From an uncultured Thermoproteaceae archaeon (lineage in GTDB: Archaea; Thermoproteota; Thermoprotei; Thermoproteales; Thermocladiaceae), in NCBI GenBank assembly GCA_964575955.1, contig CAZNTG010000006.1, positions 64,001-128,000 of the forward strand: a DNA stretch of 64,000 bases. Direction: 5' to 3'. This document shows, in pieces, positions 48,662 to 60,200 of the stretch (position 1 is its first letter; the number at the start of each line of letters is the position of its first letter). Position numbers and translations under genes: made by a program. Below the pieces are notes generated by a model, which ran no database searches, had not been told where the DNA came from, and saw only the letters and a program-made list of their open reading frames with translations.

Positions 48662-48747
48662 AACACTGTATTTAGAGAGGTTGTTTAAAAGACTAGCTGT
48701 ATCTGAGAGAGCGGTTTATAATTCATCATATAGTGTAGTAGAGAGAT

Positions 48748-49269
48748 ATGACACGTAGGGTAGAGGTAGGACCACAACTTATAAGTTCAACATCTCCATA
48801 CTTCCACGATATAGTTAGTTGGGCATGGAGAAGAGCTAGAGAACTAGCCACAAGGATGGGTAGTAGTGTAGAAACTCTAAGGCCAGACCACCTATATGGT
48901 GAAGAAGCTCAAAACATAGGATACATGCTTAAGGTTGGTGAGATATATCCTGGAAATGTACTTCCTGAAAGAACATACCTAGTAATATATGGAATATTTA
49001 ATACAGATGAGACACTAGACTATGTACAGATTAGTGATGGTAGAAGAACATACGACTGGTATGTACTTCCAGTACTATACTTTACAGAGAGAATAGCTGT
49101 GTGGGGTGAAGGACCTATAGTACTAGATGCATATAGTACAAAACTTGTAGTTCACTCACTAGATCCTAATAGAGATAGAGTATATGCATGGCTTCTAGGA
49201 TTTGTAATTAAACCAAGACAACAACAGTCTCAAGAAGTATCAACAGAGAGGAGAAGAAGGAGGAGATAG
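48748..49269 (+). CDS. Hypothetical beta-rich protein with C-terminal Arg6 tail
   Basis: Own TTTATAA box ~30 nt upstream; typical codon usage; ends in ERRRRRR. Confidence 0.8.
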   Translation: MTRRVEVGPQLISSTSPYFHDIVSWAWRRARELATRMGSSVETLRPDHLYGEEAQNIGYMLKVGEIYPGNVLPERTYLVIYGIFNTDETLDYVQISDGRRTYDWYVLPVLYFTERIAVWGEGPIVLDAYSTKLVVHSLDPNRDRVYAWLLGFVIKPRQQQSQEVSTERRRRRR

Positions 49270-49326
49270 ACATAGTAAAAATTCTTAGGGTAATAGTGTT
49301 AAATTCTCTACTCAACTTGTCTAAAT

Positions 49327-50577
49327 ATGTCTACAATTGTTGAAAAGATATTGTCAGAAAAGTGTGGTAGAACTGTAACACCTGGAGAGATTGTTGAAGC
49401 AAGTGTAGACTTAGTGATGTTTCATGATTTGACAGGTTTTCACGTACTTGAAGTTATGGAGAAGATTGGTAAAGTACAGGTATTTAATCCAGATAGGATA
49501 GTTGTAGTATTTGACCACTTTGTACCACCGCCAGATACTAGATCTGCAAATATTCAGAAGAAGTTGAGAGATTTTGTGAAGAGTATGAATATTAAAAACT
49601 TTCATGATGTTTGTGAAGGTATATGTCATGTTATACTAATTGAGAGAGGATATATAAGACCTGGAATGTTTGTAGTTGGTGCTGACAGCCACACCACAAC
49701 TGGTGGTGCTGTTGGTGCATTTTCAACAGGTATGGGTGCTAGTGATGTTGCAGCTGCAACACTTACAGGTAAGATTTGGACTATCGTTCCTGAGACTATA
49801 AAGGTAGTTATTGAAGGTGAACTTCAGAAAGGTGTTATGGCTAAAGACATAGTACTGAAGATAATTGGTGAACATGGTTCAGATGCTGCAAATTTCAAAG
49901 TTGTTGAATATCACGGTTCAACATTAAAGAAGTTAAATATTGATGAGAGAATGACACTATCAAACATGAGTGTTGAGATGGGTGCTGAGTGTGGTATTGT
50001 AGTTCCTGATGAGATAACTATAAACTACTTCTACGAACTTGGTATAAGAGATATAAAGCCAGTACTTCCTGATCCAAATGCTGAATATTGTGATGAGTGG
50101 CACGTAGATGTTAGTAAGCTAGAACCTCAAGTAGCAGTACCCCACAATATTGATAATGTTAAGCCTATTAGTGAGGTTGAGGGTATTGAAGTTGATGAAG
50201 TATTTATAGGATCTTGCACAAATGGTAGATTAACAGATCTTGAAATTGCTGCTAAGATAATGAAAGGTAGAAAGATTAAGGTTAGTAGATGTGTAGTAAT
50301 TGCTGCTAGTAGAAAAATATTCTTAGAGGCATTGAAGAGAGGTATTATACAGACATTAGTAGAGGCTGGATGTGTAGTAACATATGGAACATGTGGACCA
50401 TGTCTAGGTGGTCATTTTGGACTTATAGGTGATGGTGAAGTTGCAGTATCTACAGGAAGTAGAAACTTTAAAGGTAGAATGGGCAGTCCAAATGGCTATG
50501 TATATGTTGCAAGTCCTGCAGTTGCTGCAGCTACAGCAGTTGAAGGTAAATTAGCAGATCCTAGAAAGTATCTATAG
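49327..50577 (+). CDS. leuC: 3-isopropylmalate dehydratase/homoaconitase large subunit
   Basis: DHFVPP, GADSHTTT, FIGSCTNGR, CGPCLG, SRNFKGRMG. Substrate (Leu vs Lys/Aks) cannot be resolved from sequence. Confidence 0.85.
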   Translation: MSTIVEKILSEKCGRTVTPGEIVEASVDLVMFHDLTGFHVLEVMEKIGKVQVFNPDRIVVVFDHFVPPPDTRSANIQKKLRDFVKSMNIKNFHDVCEGICHVILIERGYIRPGMFVVGADSHTTTGGAVGAFSTGMGASDVAAATLTGKIWTIVPETIKVVIEGELQKGVMAKDIVLKIIGEHGSDAANFKVVEYHGSTLKKLNIDERMTLSNMSVEMGAECGIVVPDEITINYFYELGIRDIKPVLPDPNAEYCDEWHVDVSKLEPQVAVPHNIDNVKPISEVEGIEVDEVFIGSCTNGRLTDLEIAAKIMKGRKIKVSRCVVIAASRKIFLEALKRGIIQTLVEAGCVVTYGTCGPCLGGHFGLIGDGEVAVSTGSRNFKGRMGSPNGYVYVASPAVAAATAVEGKLADPRKYL

Positions 50578-50581
50578 TAGA

Positions 50582-51640
50582 TTGATGATAATACTGATTA
50601 GGAAAATATTGAGAAGAATTGTAAAGATTATTAAGAAGAATAGAGTACTAATCTCAATACTAATATTTATAGTAGTTACAATAATTAATGGAGCACTATT
50701 CTACTATGCAGAACATGTAGTTGGTGGTAATAGAAATTTAACACTCTTCAAAGCACTATATTGGGCTATTGTTACTGCAACAACTGTGGGATATGGTGAT
50801 ATTGTTCCTAAGACATTTCTAGGACATGTAATAACTATAGAGACAATATTTGTAGGTATTGCAACATTTACAATCATGGTTTCACTAATAGCAGAAGCAT
50901 TTATAAGTAGGACGATCAGGGGAATGTTTGGTCTTGGAAAAGTGAGAAAGACAGACGTCCTAGTTATAGGGTATGGAGAGATTTGTAAAGAAGCTATTGA
51001 TGAGTTAAAGATGAATAGACCAGACTACAGGATTACATGGCTTGTAGAGAGAAGACCTAGAGAAATTCCTGAAGATGTTGAATATGTTGTTGGTAATCCA
51101 ACAGATCCAACAACACTTGAGAGAGCTGGTGCTAGAACTGCTAGATATGTGTTAATATGTATGAGTAGCGATTCAAAAATTATACATACAGTACTCTCAT
51201 TGAGGAAGATTAATAAGAAAGCTAGAATTGCAGCAATTGCATGGTCTAAGAGAGCTCAAGAACTTCTAAAAGAGGCTGGTGTTGCAATTGTAGTTCCATT
51301 GAGAATTATTGGTAGAATGCTTGCAAGTGCAGCATTTGAACCTGTAATACCAATATTTCTAGAACAGGCAACAACAATTAGAGGTGTTGCAGATCTTATA
51401 GAGGTTGATGTTGATGAGAAGTTTGAGGGTAAGAGTATTAGAGATCTAGTATCTAGATTAGAGTCTAGTGAAGGTAAGAGATTCATACCATTAATGCTAT
51501 GTCATAGTGATGGTAAGACAATACTTGCACCTAGTTGGGATCTAAAACTTGAACTTGGAGATAGACTACTACTATTGAAGATTAATGTCGAAACTACAGA
51601 TATTGCTAAGACTATAACTAGCGAACCTTCAACTTCTTAA
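50582..51640 (+). CDS. Potassium channel with RCK domains (MthK-like)
   Basis: Filter TTVGYGD between two TM helices; Rossmann VIGYGEI; GNPTD. Confidence 0.93.
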   Translation: MMIILIRKILRRIVKIIKKNRVLISILIFIVVTIINGALFYYAEHVVGGNRNLTLFKALYWAIVTATTVGYGDIVPKTFLGHVITIETIFVGIATFTIMVSLIAEAFISRTIRGMFGLGKVRKTDVLVIGYGEICKEAIDELKMNRPDYRITWLVERRPREIPEDVEYVVGNPTDPTTLERAGARTARYVLICMSSDSKIIHTVLSLRKINKKARIAAIAWSKRAQELLKEAGVAIVVPLRIIGRMLASAAFEPVIPIFLEQATTIRGVADLIEVDVDEKFEGKSIRDLVSRLESSEGKRFIPLMLCHSDGKTILAPSWDLKLELGDRLLLLKINVETTDIAKTITSEPSTS

Positions 51641-52352
51641 GTTCTTGAAGTATTGGTATCTCTCTCAACTTCTCAGGTGGAAGTTTCTCCCATATTATAC
51701 CTCTAGGTCTATCTTTCACTCTTCTAGTCTCTATAATTCTTGTAGGTGTTACTATGAGATCTACAGGTAGGTCAAATTCATCATATGGAATTTCAAAATC
51801 TGTCAATACTTGTAGATCATGTACTGTTGTTACTATGATTGTACTATAATCAACTTTACCACATTCTGAAAGTATTGCCCATTCAAGTTCTGCATAACCT
51901 TCACCTTTACCAAGTCTAATACCTCTAAGATCAACAGCTACTGAGCCAATAACTACTAAATCTACTTTTGGAAGATTCCAAGGTTTTACACTTATTCCCC
52001 ATCTATATGCTCCAGATATTGTTGATGCTTCTCTATATGCATATTTAGGTATTTTTGATGGATCTAGAAGTAGAAATCCATTCCTAATCCTAGGTGTTGG
52101 CATTATTAGGATCTTTCCCTGTTCAAGACATATCTCTCTAATTCTTCTTTGAGGACTGTCAGGGTTTACCTTAACAACTTTCGCATTTTTAAATATTTCA
52201 AGTTTTGCAAGATTTTCACATGCAATATCTGAACCTTCGAAGTTTGGAATTCTACCATATACAGGTCTTGGAAAAGTTGCAATATTCTTCTCCTCTAACA
52301 ATCTCCAAATTCTCCACCTAATCTCACTCTTTACCTTAGATATACTACTCAC
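51618..52352 (-). CDS. 5-formyltetrahydrofolate cyclo-ligase family protein
   Basis: [39 protein letters not shown]. Confidence 0.9.
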   Translation of the reverse strand: MSSISKVKSEIRWRIWRLLEEKNIATFPRPVYGRIPNFEGSDIACENLAKLEIFKNAKVVKVNPDSPQRRIREICLEQGKILIMPTPRIRNGFLLLDPSKIPKYAYREASTISGAYRWGISVKPWNLPKVDLVVIGSVAVDLRGIRLGKGEGYAELEWAILSECGKVDYSTIIVTTVHDLQVLTDFEIPYDEFDLPVDLIVTPTRIIETRRVKDRPRGIIWEKLPPEKLREIPILQELKKLKVR

Positions 52353-52357
52353 AGTAT

Positions 52358-53431
52358 GTGAGATACAACTTCAAAAATAATCTTAACTATATGCATAAGA
52401 TGTTTAAAGAAGAGCTTGGTAGAGATATTAGAAGAGCATTGATAATAGCTGCAGGTGGTGGAGGTGATTCTGTAGGTGCATTACATACATACATGCTATT
52501 GAAGAGAGAAAATGTCAGACCAATACTAGGTGCATTACCATGGGAAAGACTTAGCATAGATCCATGTCCAGGACCTGTACCATTACACATGTTTAAGAAT
52601 ATTGTAAAAAATATTGAAAATACTTTAGCAATTGTAAATTCTAAAACATTTGTTAAGAGATGTTATAAAGTATTTAAAATACAGCTATGTAATGTTTTAG
52701 AAGTTATTAATGATGTTGGAATTATATATAATGCATATAGACCTGTTAAAGATATTGCAAAGATAATATATGAATACTGTATTCAGGAAGGTATTGATCT
52801 AGTAGTTGGATCTGACTCAGGTGGTGATATTCTTGGTACAGGTTTTGAAGATACTCTACTGAGCCCACTTGCAGATTCATACACGATGTCTATACTTAAT
52901 GAACTTGATAGACTTGGAATATATGTAATTGTTGGAATATTTGGACCGGGGTGTGATGGTGAGTTAAGTAGGGAGGAAATTATGAGAAGATTTGCAAAAA
53001 TTGCTGAGAAAGGATATTATCTATTTCATGTAGGTATAACTCCAAGCATTGCTAGAGAAATGTTGAAAGTTCTTGAAAAAGCACATACTGAGGCAAGTAG
53101 ACTACCTGTAGAGGCATATTTTGGAAAATTTGGAGAATACTATATTAGGAGAGGTGAGAGAAAAGTTATTTTAGATATTACATGTTCAGGAACATACTAC
53201 ATGTATGCTAGAGGAATTCTTGAAATAACTAAACTACCTGAAATATTGAAAGATAGTTTAAACATTCTACATGCACGTGAAATATTGAATAAGTATGGAA
53301 TAGTTACAGAATTAGATATTGAGATTGAACTTATTAGAAGAGGATTAGCAACTAAGAAGATAACTGCAGAAGAATTTATGAAAATAGTGGAAGAGTTGAA
53401 AAGTAGGATTAGGAAAACGAGACTACTCTAA
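52358..53431 (+). CDS. DUF1152-family protein
   Basis: [31 protein letters not shown]. Confidence 0.8.
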   Translation: MRYNFKNNLNYMHKMFKEELGRDIRRALIIAAGGGGDSVGALHTYMLLKRENVRPILGALPWERLSIDPCPGPVPLHMFKNIVKNIENTLAIVNSKTFVKRCYKVFKIQLCNVLEVINDVGIIYNAYRPVKDIAKIIYEYCIQEGIDLVVGSDSGGDILGTGFEDTLLSPLADSYTMSILNELDRLGIYVIVGIFGPGCDGELSREEIMRRFAKIAEKGYYLFHVGITPSIAREMLKVLEKAHTEASRLPVEAYFGKFGEYYIRRGERKVILDITCSGTYYMYARGILEITKLPEILKDSLNILHAREILNKYGIVTELDIEIELIRRGLATKKITAEEFMKIVEELKSRIRKTRLL

Positions 53432-53704
53432 CTCTTCTTCAACTCTTCTAGACTTAACATACGATACTACTAGTAAGATTATGAATATTATAAATGCTAT
53501 GAAGGCTAGAATACTCAATATTGATAAGATTGGACTCATATGTGAGATATTTCCAAATGCAATTATTGGAAATGGAAATATCCAAACAAAACCTGCAAAA
53601 TGTGTATGACCTCCATATGATAAATATGCAGCTAATGGTATACCAATAGCAATTATAAACATTCCAACAATAGTCAACACTAGACCAACAGTAAATAATC
53701 TCAT
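53423..53704 (-). CDS. DUF131/TIGR00304-like membrane protein
   Basis: TM - GFVWIFPFPIIAFG - TM pattern. Confidence 0.65.
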   Translation of the reverse strand: MRLFTVGLVLTIVGMFIIAIGIPLAAYLSYGGHTHFAGFVWIFPFPIIAFGNISHMSPILSILSILAFIAFIIFIILLVVSYVKSRRVEEELE

Positions 53705-53740
53705 GAGATTTGGAGTAACACTACCAAAACTTATACCTAA

Positions 53741-54100
53741 CTAATGAGGAACTAAATGTACAGGTGCTGTAGGAAAGAATGCCCATATTAGAAATATTAT
53801 GAATATTATAAAGAAGAACACTAGAGAAAGTATAACAATAATCTCAAAAAGTCTAGAAGCTCTCTCAGATTTAATAACAATTGGAAAAGGACCAACAAGT
53901 ATAAGACCCTCAGACCTAACTCTCCTCTTCCTCTCCTTCTCCTCTCCCTTCTCTTCACTAATCTTCTCCTCAAACTCTCTCCTACTCTCAAGATACTCCT
54001 CAACTTTAGCAGAACTATGAAGAGCGTCAACCACCATAAGTATAAATCCTAGAAAAATTAAAGCAAGACCAATGATCAATACTAGAAATATAGACAACAT
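53741..54100 (-). CDS. DUF131/TIGR00304-like membrane protein
   Basis: TM - charged linker - GLILVGPFPIV - TM pattern; tandem paralog of the adjacent gene. Confidence 0.7.
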   Translation of the reverse strand: MLSIFLVLIIGLALIFLGFILMVVDALHSSAKVEEYLESRREFEEKISEEKGEEKERKRRVRSEGLILVGPFPIVIKSERASRLFEIIVILSLVFFFIIFIIFLIWAFFPTAPVHLVPH

Positions 54101-54174
54101 ACATCTCGTAAAGAAATTATCAGAAATTTAAAAATATAGACATATGAAATAGAAATATCTTAAATAGAGCATGT

Positions 54175-54254
54175 AGAGAAAGATGAAGATAGGGAAGGAA
54201 AAGAGAAGAAATGGAAGAAAGAAATGATTTATTTAAGAGAGGAGAAAAAGAGGA
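54175..54254 (-). terminator. Pyrimidine/T-rich tract after the S-layer gene
   Basis: Minus strand is almost pure C/T with a T5 run, starting ~35 nt after the stop; archaeal-type terminator. Confidence 0.5.
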
Positions 54255-54286
54255 TTTTTGTTAAATATTAGATTTCTTGACCTATC

Positions 54287-57200
54287 TTACCTTTGTGATG
54301 GTGGTCCTAGTACTGATACTAATCTCTTTCTTCTCCAGTGCTGGTACTCTATCAATCCAATCACTATTATGATTATCACAATGAAGATTATCACAATCCA
54401 TAGTGCTATCTGCTGCCATGATACATAGCCAACGCCTGGCCACCACCATCCAGTTACTGGGACCTTAACCTTTAGCTCGTATGTTGTTGGCTTTGATATT
54501 TCTATTGTGTAGGTCTTAGACTTTACATTTCCTGGTGCTGTTGCCATTGCTACACATGTTATTGGTGTTGTAGCTACATTCTTTGGTAGTGGTAGTATGA
54601 AGCTTAGCTTACCTTTACCATATCCTGTGTATATTACCTTACCTCCATATGTACAGTTTACACTTATGGATGCTATGTTTAGTGGACTGCCGCTTGCACT
54701 GACTGCTAATACCTTCACTTCAGCTCCTGGTATTGTTATTACTGGAGTTACTACTGATGATGGTGTCAGCTCGTAGGTCTCTTCATATCCTAGTGGTAGT
54801 CCATTCACACTTAGAACTTTCACAACTAGCTTTGTTGCACCTAGTGCTGCTACATGTACTGGACTTACTGTTACTGTTCCACTACTGCCTGTTGTTAATG
54901 TCCATGTTGCTGCCTTAACAGTGGTTAGTGACTTCATGTTTGGAACTATGTATGGTCCATATGTTGCATATGTTACTGCTGGTACATACTCTGTAACTTC
55001 TACCTTAGCTCCAGCTAGCGGTTCTGTCACTACTCCTGGAACTTGTAGTTGTACTGTTACTGGTATCTTTAGATATGCTGTACTGACCTTAACAGTTGTT
55101 ACAAATACTGGGTTTGTTGATCCTCTCTGTAGGCTTAGTGGATAGTTTAGTAGTACTGGTACTAGGTATGTCTTACCTCCTGATGTTATTGGTATGAATA
55201 CGTCTACTAGTAGGTTGCTTGCTGGTACTGAGCTTACACTACCTGCAAATGCTGTTCTTATATCTCTAATTACTGCTCCTCCAGTACTGTTTAGTATTGC
55301 TGATGCGTAGAAGTATTGTCCTCCAGTTGCTGCATCCTTTACAACTACTACAGCATTCTTCAGTGGTAATCCTGTCTTTGTCAATACTTGTAGTACTAGT
55401 GAGTATACCCATGTGTATACTAGGCTTACATTCTGCTGTGCATTACCTAGCTTCTGTACATCTTCCTGCTTAGCACTATCATATATTACTATTGGTACTG
55501 CATATGAGCTAAATGATGCTACTGGTGCATCTCCTCTTGGTCTACATACTGTGAATAGATATCTTACATAGCTGTCATACCAGAATATCATTACTCTAGC
55601 ACCATATGGTAGTACTGATAGTAGACTGCCGTTTGGTCCTATGAATGTTATTGCCATTGGATGACATAGGTCTCTCGATACGTTGTCAAATACTACCACT
55701 GTGGCATTTACTATTGGTTTACCATTCCATCCAAATACCTTGCTTAGGCCGTATATTGCTTCTGGTCCTAGGAATAGCTTACCTACAGGTACCCATCCAC
55801 CACTTACTGACATGACCTTAACCTTAACTCCTAGCTTGTTCACTCTAATTACTGCTGGTTCTCTATATACTGTAAATGCGTAGTATATGTCTGATCTTGT
55901 TGTCCAGTTAATAGCTATCTCATACTTCACTAGCTCGTCTGGTGTTACAACTATCTTCTTCATTGTTGGTGTGTAGAATGTGTAGCTTGGTGGCCAGTAC
56001 TTGTATGCTATCTTTGGCTCTGGTACATATTCTACAAACATCTTACTCTTGTATGTTAGGCATGGTACTGCATCAGCATTTACTAGGAATGTTGGTCCTA
56101 GTAGGTATGCTATTTCACCTGTCTTGTTAGTCTTGCTTGGTAGTACTAGTGGCTTTGTTGTTGACTTTACAACTATGTCAAATGTGTTGTTGTTGTAGAA
56201 TCTTATCAATGTTTCAGGTATTGAGTTTAGTGTTACTACACTTGGCATTACACCTACACTGAATAGTTTCTCATTCTTTGTTGCGTAGTTGTATATTAGT
56301 GTTGATGTTGCACCTGTTAATGGTCCTAGTGTTATTGCTTTACGCTCAACTACGTCAGCCTCACCTGTTAGTCCAACATATACCTTGCTTACGTTTACAT
56401 TCATTCTTGCAAAGTTTAATAGTGCGTATGTGCGTGGCTTAACTATTAGGTATGGTACTCCACTTACCTCAGACACATTAATGCCGAAGTACTCTCTTGA
56501 ACTGAATGGTCCACATGTCCAGTATCTACATACTACTACGCCACTGCTTGTTGGGAAGCATGTTATGTTACGTTCTACATATCTTGGAGTCTCGTTAATT
56601 ATGTATATTCTTGCTATATGAGCACCTCTCAATACGTTTGTTGTTATTGTCCACTCTGGTAGTGGTATTCTCACTACACCATTGTCAACATTTACTAGTA
56701 GTAGTAATGGACTTCCGAAGTAGTATCTCCATGCTGTGCCAGGTAGTAGCTTCTCTAGGTATAGTGATGTTGTCTCTACTGTTCCGTTTGGTAGTTGTAG
56801 TACACGTACTTCTGTCTCAGTAATGTTGAATGGTGTTCCACGCCATATTCCTGCAGTTATGTTCAATGTTCCGTATCCTGTACCGTTAACCCATATAATT
56901 ATCTTGACTCTCTTCTCAATATCGTAAATCTTACTATGATTTACAGGTACTAGCATTACTAATACTCTTGGTGTCTGTAGAATCTTCTCAACAGCCTTAG
57001 TGATGTTTACTGGTGATACTAGTACTACTCTCTTCAACTCACCTCCAGATGTGTATTCTGCTATCATTGATACTGTCAAGTTAGTTATCTCATATAGATC
57101 ACTTGCATTAACCATCAAGTATAGTGCTCCAATATCATACTTGAACACGTTTCTAATAATTAGCTTCTTCTTCTCAACCTTACTTAATGATAGTGATACT

Positions 57201-60200
57201 AGTGCACTAGTCTTCTTGTATATCATGTATGGTGCTTCTAACAACTCCGAGAGTGGTAATCCATATGGTATAGATCTTCTCAATGCCTTCGCTGATGCAA
57301 AGCTTGTTATGTTTAGTATAGTTGGCTTTCCATTAACGTAAACTACTAGATGTAGCATTCCGTAGTATAGTGTCATATTAATTCCTAGTGATCCGTTTGG
57401 TAGTAATTCTATTCCAGTATCTGGCATGTACTTTTCGTTTCCTGTTACTGCCATTAAGCTTGGTAGTATGTACGTTACATTTTCGTATGTCTCATTTTCG
57501 TACATTCCGATTATTGATGGAACTCCAACAATTGCATTTGTTGTGTTAAATCCGTTCACTATTGGTAACACGTTTACTAATGCCGTACCTGTATGTACTG
57601 TGAATGTCCTTGCTAGTGTATCTGCGAATAGTAGTCCTAGGAATACGTGTCTTAGTGTCTCATTGTCTCTCGTGTATAGCTTGAATGTTACTGGCTTTAC
57701 AGTGCTTACTATTACTATACTTCCAGGCTTTACTGTTACCTTCTTACCTGTCATTGTTGTTAGTGTTATTGGCTTAGTGACGTTTATTGTTGTGCCGTTT
57801 GGTAGTACTATGTAAGTCATGTTGTATGGTGGTATTGTTATTACATTGTCAAAGACCTTATAGCCTAGGTAGTATACCTGTGCTTCATATGTCTGTCCTG
57901 GTAGTATGACTCTCCACACGTTACCTGCTCCAAATATTGGTGATATGTAGAATAGTGCGTATGGTGTGCTTGATGATGCATTAGCTATTAATGCTGCTGC
58001 GACATAGTAGCTCATGTTTACCATGTAATCTTTTAACCATGCATCTTCTCCAGTCTCTTCATACTTCGTTAATGCAACCTCAGCATCATGTCTATAGCTC
58101 TTTGCAAGTTCTTCATACCTCTCCTTAGCCCAATTCATACCTATCATTCTGAAGTCTGCAAGTTTGACTAAGTTAGCCATACTTGATTTGCTATACACTG
58201 TACCGTTGATTACTAGAGTCAGGTTGTATAGTATTACTGGACATCTTAATGGTACTGAGCATGGATATACTGGTAGTGTGTTTAGTAGTACTAGCTTACC
58301 ACTGTCATTGTAGACTACGTATACTGGAACTTTTCTAATGTTTACTATTCTCAGTGCAATGTTCTTTCCAACTGTTGCCGGTACTGTTATCTTCGTAACA
58401 TTTGCCACTAGTCCAGCATCTAGTGATGCACGTGTACCTAATGTGTATACCCACTCTGTTGGTTTGTAGCCTAATATTAGTGATGCATATTCTGCATAGT
58501 TGTTGTGATATTCTGCTAAGGTTCTGTTTACATTTATATGTTCTATGAACCACTTCTTATCATCCTTTGGTATTATTGTTCTAACTACAACTATTACACT
58601 TCTATTAGCTGGTAGTGCACCGATATATGCTAAACCTTGATCATTTGTGATCGCTCTCCATAACTCTTCACCAGTCTTTGTACTGAATACCTGTATTACA
58701 AATCCTGGAAGTGGTACTCCACTGCTTGACTCAACCTTGAACCACTCATACACTATTGGGAATGCTATCTCTGTCCATGTTAATCCACGTAGTAGCTGTG
58801 TTATTGTTAACTTCACAGGCTTTCCTGTTGTTCTATTCACTGCATATAGTGTATATCCTGCATAGTTTAGTATGAATGTGTATGTTGCCTTTGTCTTCTC
58901 AACTGTTGGCCAACCTTCTTTGAATGTTACTGGTACTGGTATTAGTAGTTGCTGTACATAGCGTGCTGGTACTGTTGCAATTACCTCAGGTTTACCAGCG
59001 ACATATCTTACTACTGATACTGTTGCTGATACACCTGCAGGTAGTGCAGTTATTAATGGCTTACCGTATAGTGTTGTGAAGTATGTCATTACAGTTACGA
59101 ATGCTGATGCAACTAGTAGGTTAACTGCTGTTACCTTCTCTGCAGTTACTCCAGTTATCACAGGTACTGTTGATGTGTATGGGAATGCTTGACCTTCCCA
59201 ATATCCACCAACTGTGTAGAACTTGTTTGTTCTATTCCACATTGATGAGAAGTTTGGAATCTTACTCTTCTTATAGACATTCAACACCTTGTAACCACCT
59301 ACAGGCCATACCCATGCATTTACTGCTGTGACATTTGTACCTACTAATCTTGAGTATGATCCTACAGCAAACTCTCCAACACCTATAGTTATAGGTCCAT
59401 ACTTCACATAGACTGTGTAGTAGTAGTATGTCTCATTTGTTCTTGGACCGATAATGCGTACTGATGTTAGTGATGTAATGTTATACTCTACTGGTGCTGC
59501 AGTTACTAGGTATATTACAGGTGATAGCTGTAATGCACCTGCAATGTATGTTGGTCTTGCAGCTACTGCATCATCTAGATCACATGAGAATGTTACTGAT
59601 AGGTTTGCATATAGTGTTCCTGGTGCTGCAATGTACATTGACCTGTATATTAGTACTCTCATGTTTCTGTATAGTATTGGAGTTATTGATAGTTTAGGTG
59701 CTGCAGTTACGTTAATTCCAGGTACATATCTTCTAATTCTTATAACTACTGGTACTATGCTTGTCTTAAGTATTACATTACTGACTGGGAACTTTACTTC
59801 GGTCATTTTGAATATTGTCTTATTAACTAGCTTAGTTATGTCAAATCTAGCAACCATGTCATAGTGGTAGTATATCTCTACATAGAAGTGGTGAATCTCA
59901 AATGATGGACCTCTATATACGTACTTTGGTATGTATGACTCATTTATGTATATGTCGAAGTATCTTGTACCTACTAATGTTGCGTAGTTCTCAGGTCCTG
60001 TTGATATGAATATCCTCTTGCCTGTTGTAGTTACTTCATACCAGCGGTAGCTCAACATGTTGAATAGTTCTGTTGGTAGCTTTGTTCCAAGTAGTGATCT
60101 AAGCTTTGATGTGTCTAGTATGTATGTTGTTTTTGGAACATTTACAAATGCGTATGGTTGTAATCTATACTTTATGCCTACAGCTTTTGGATTATATGCG

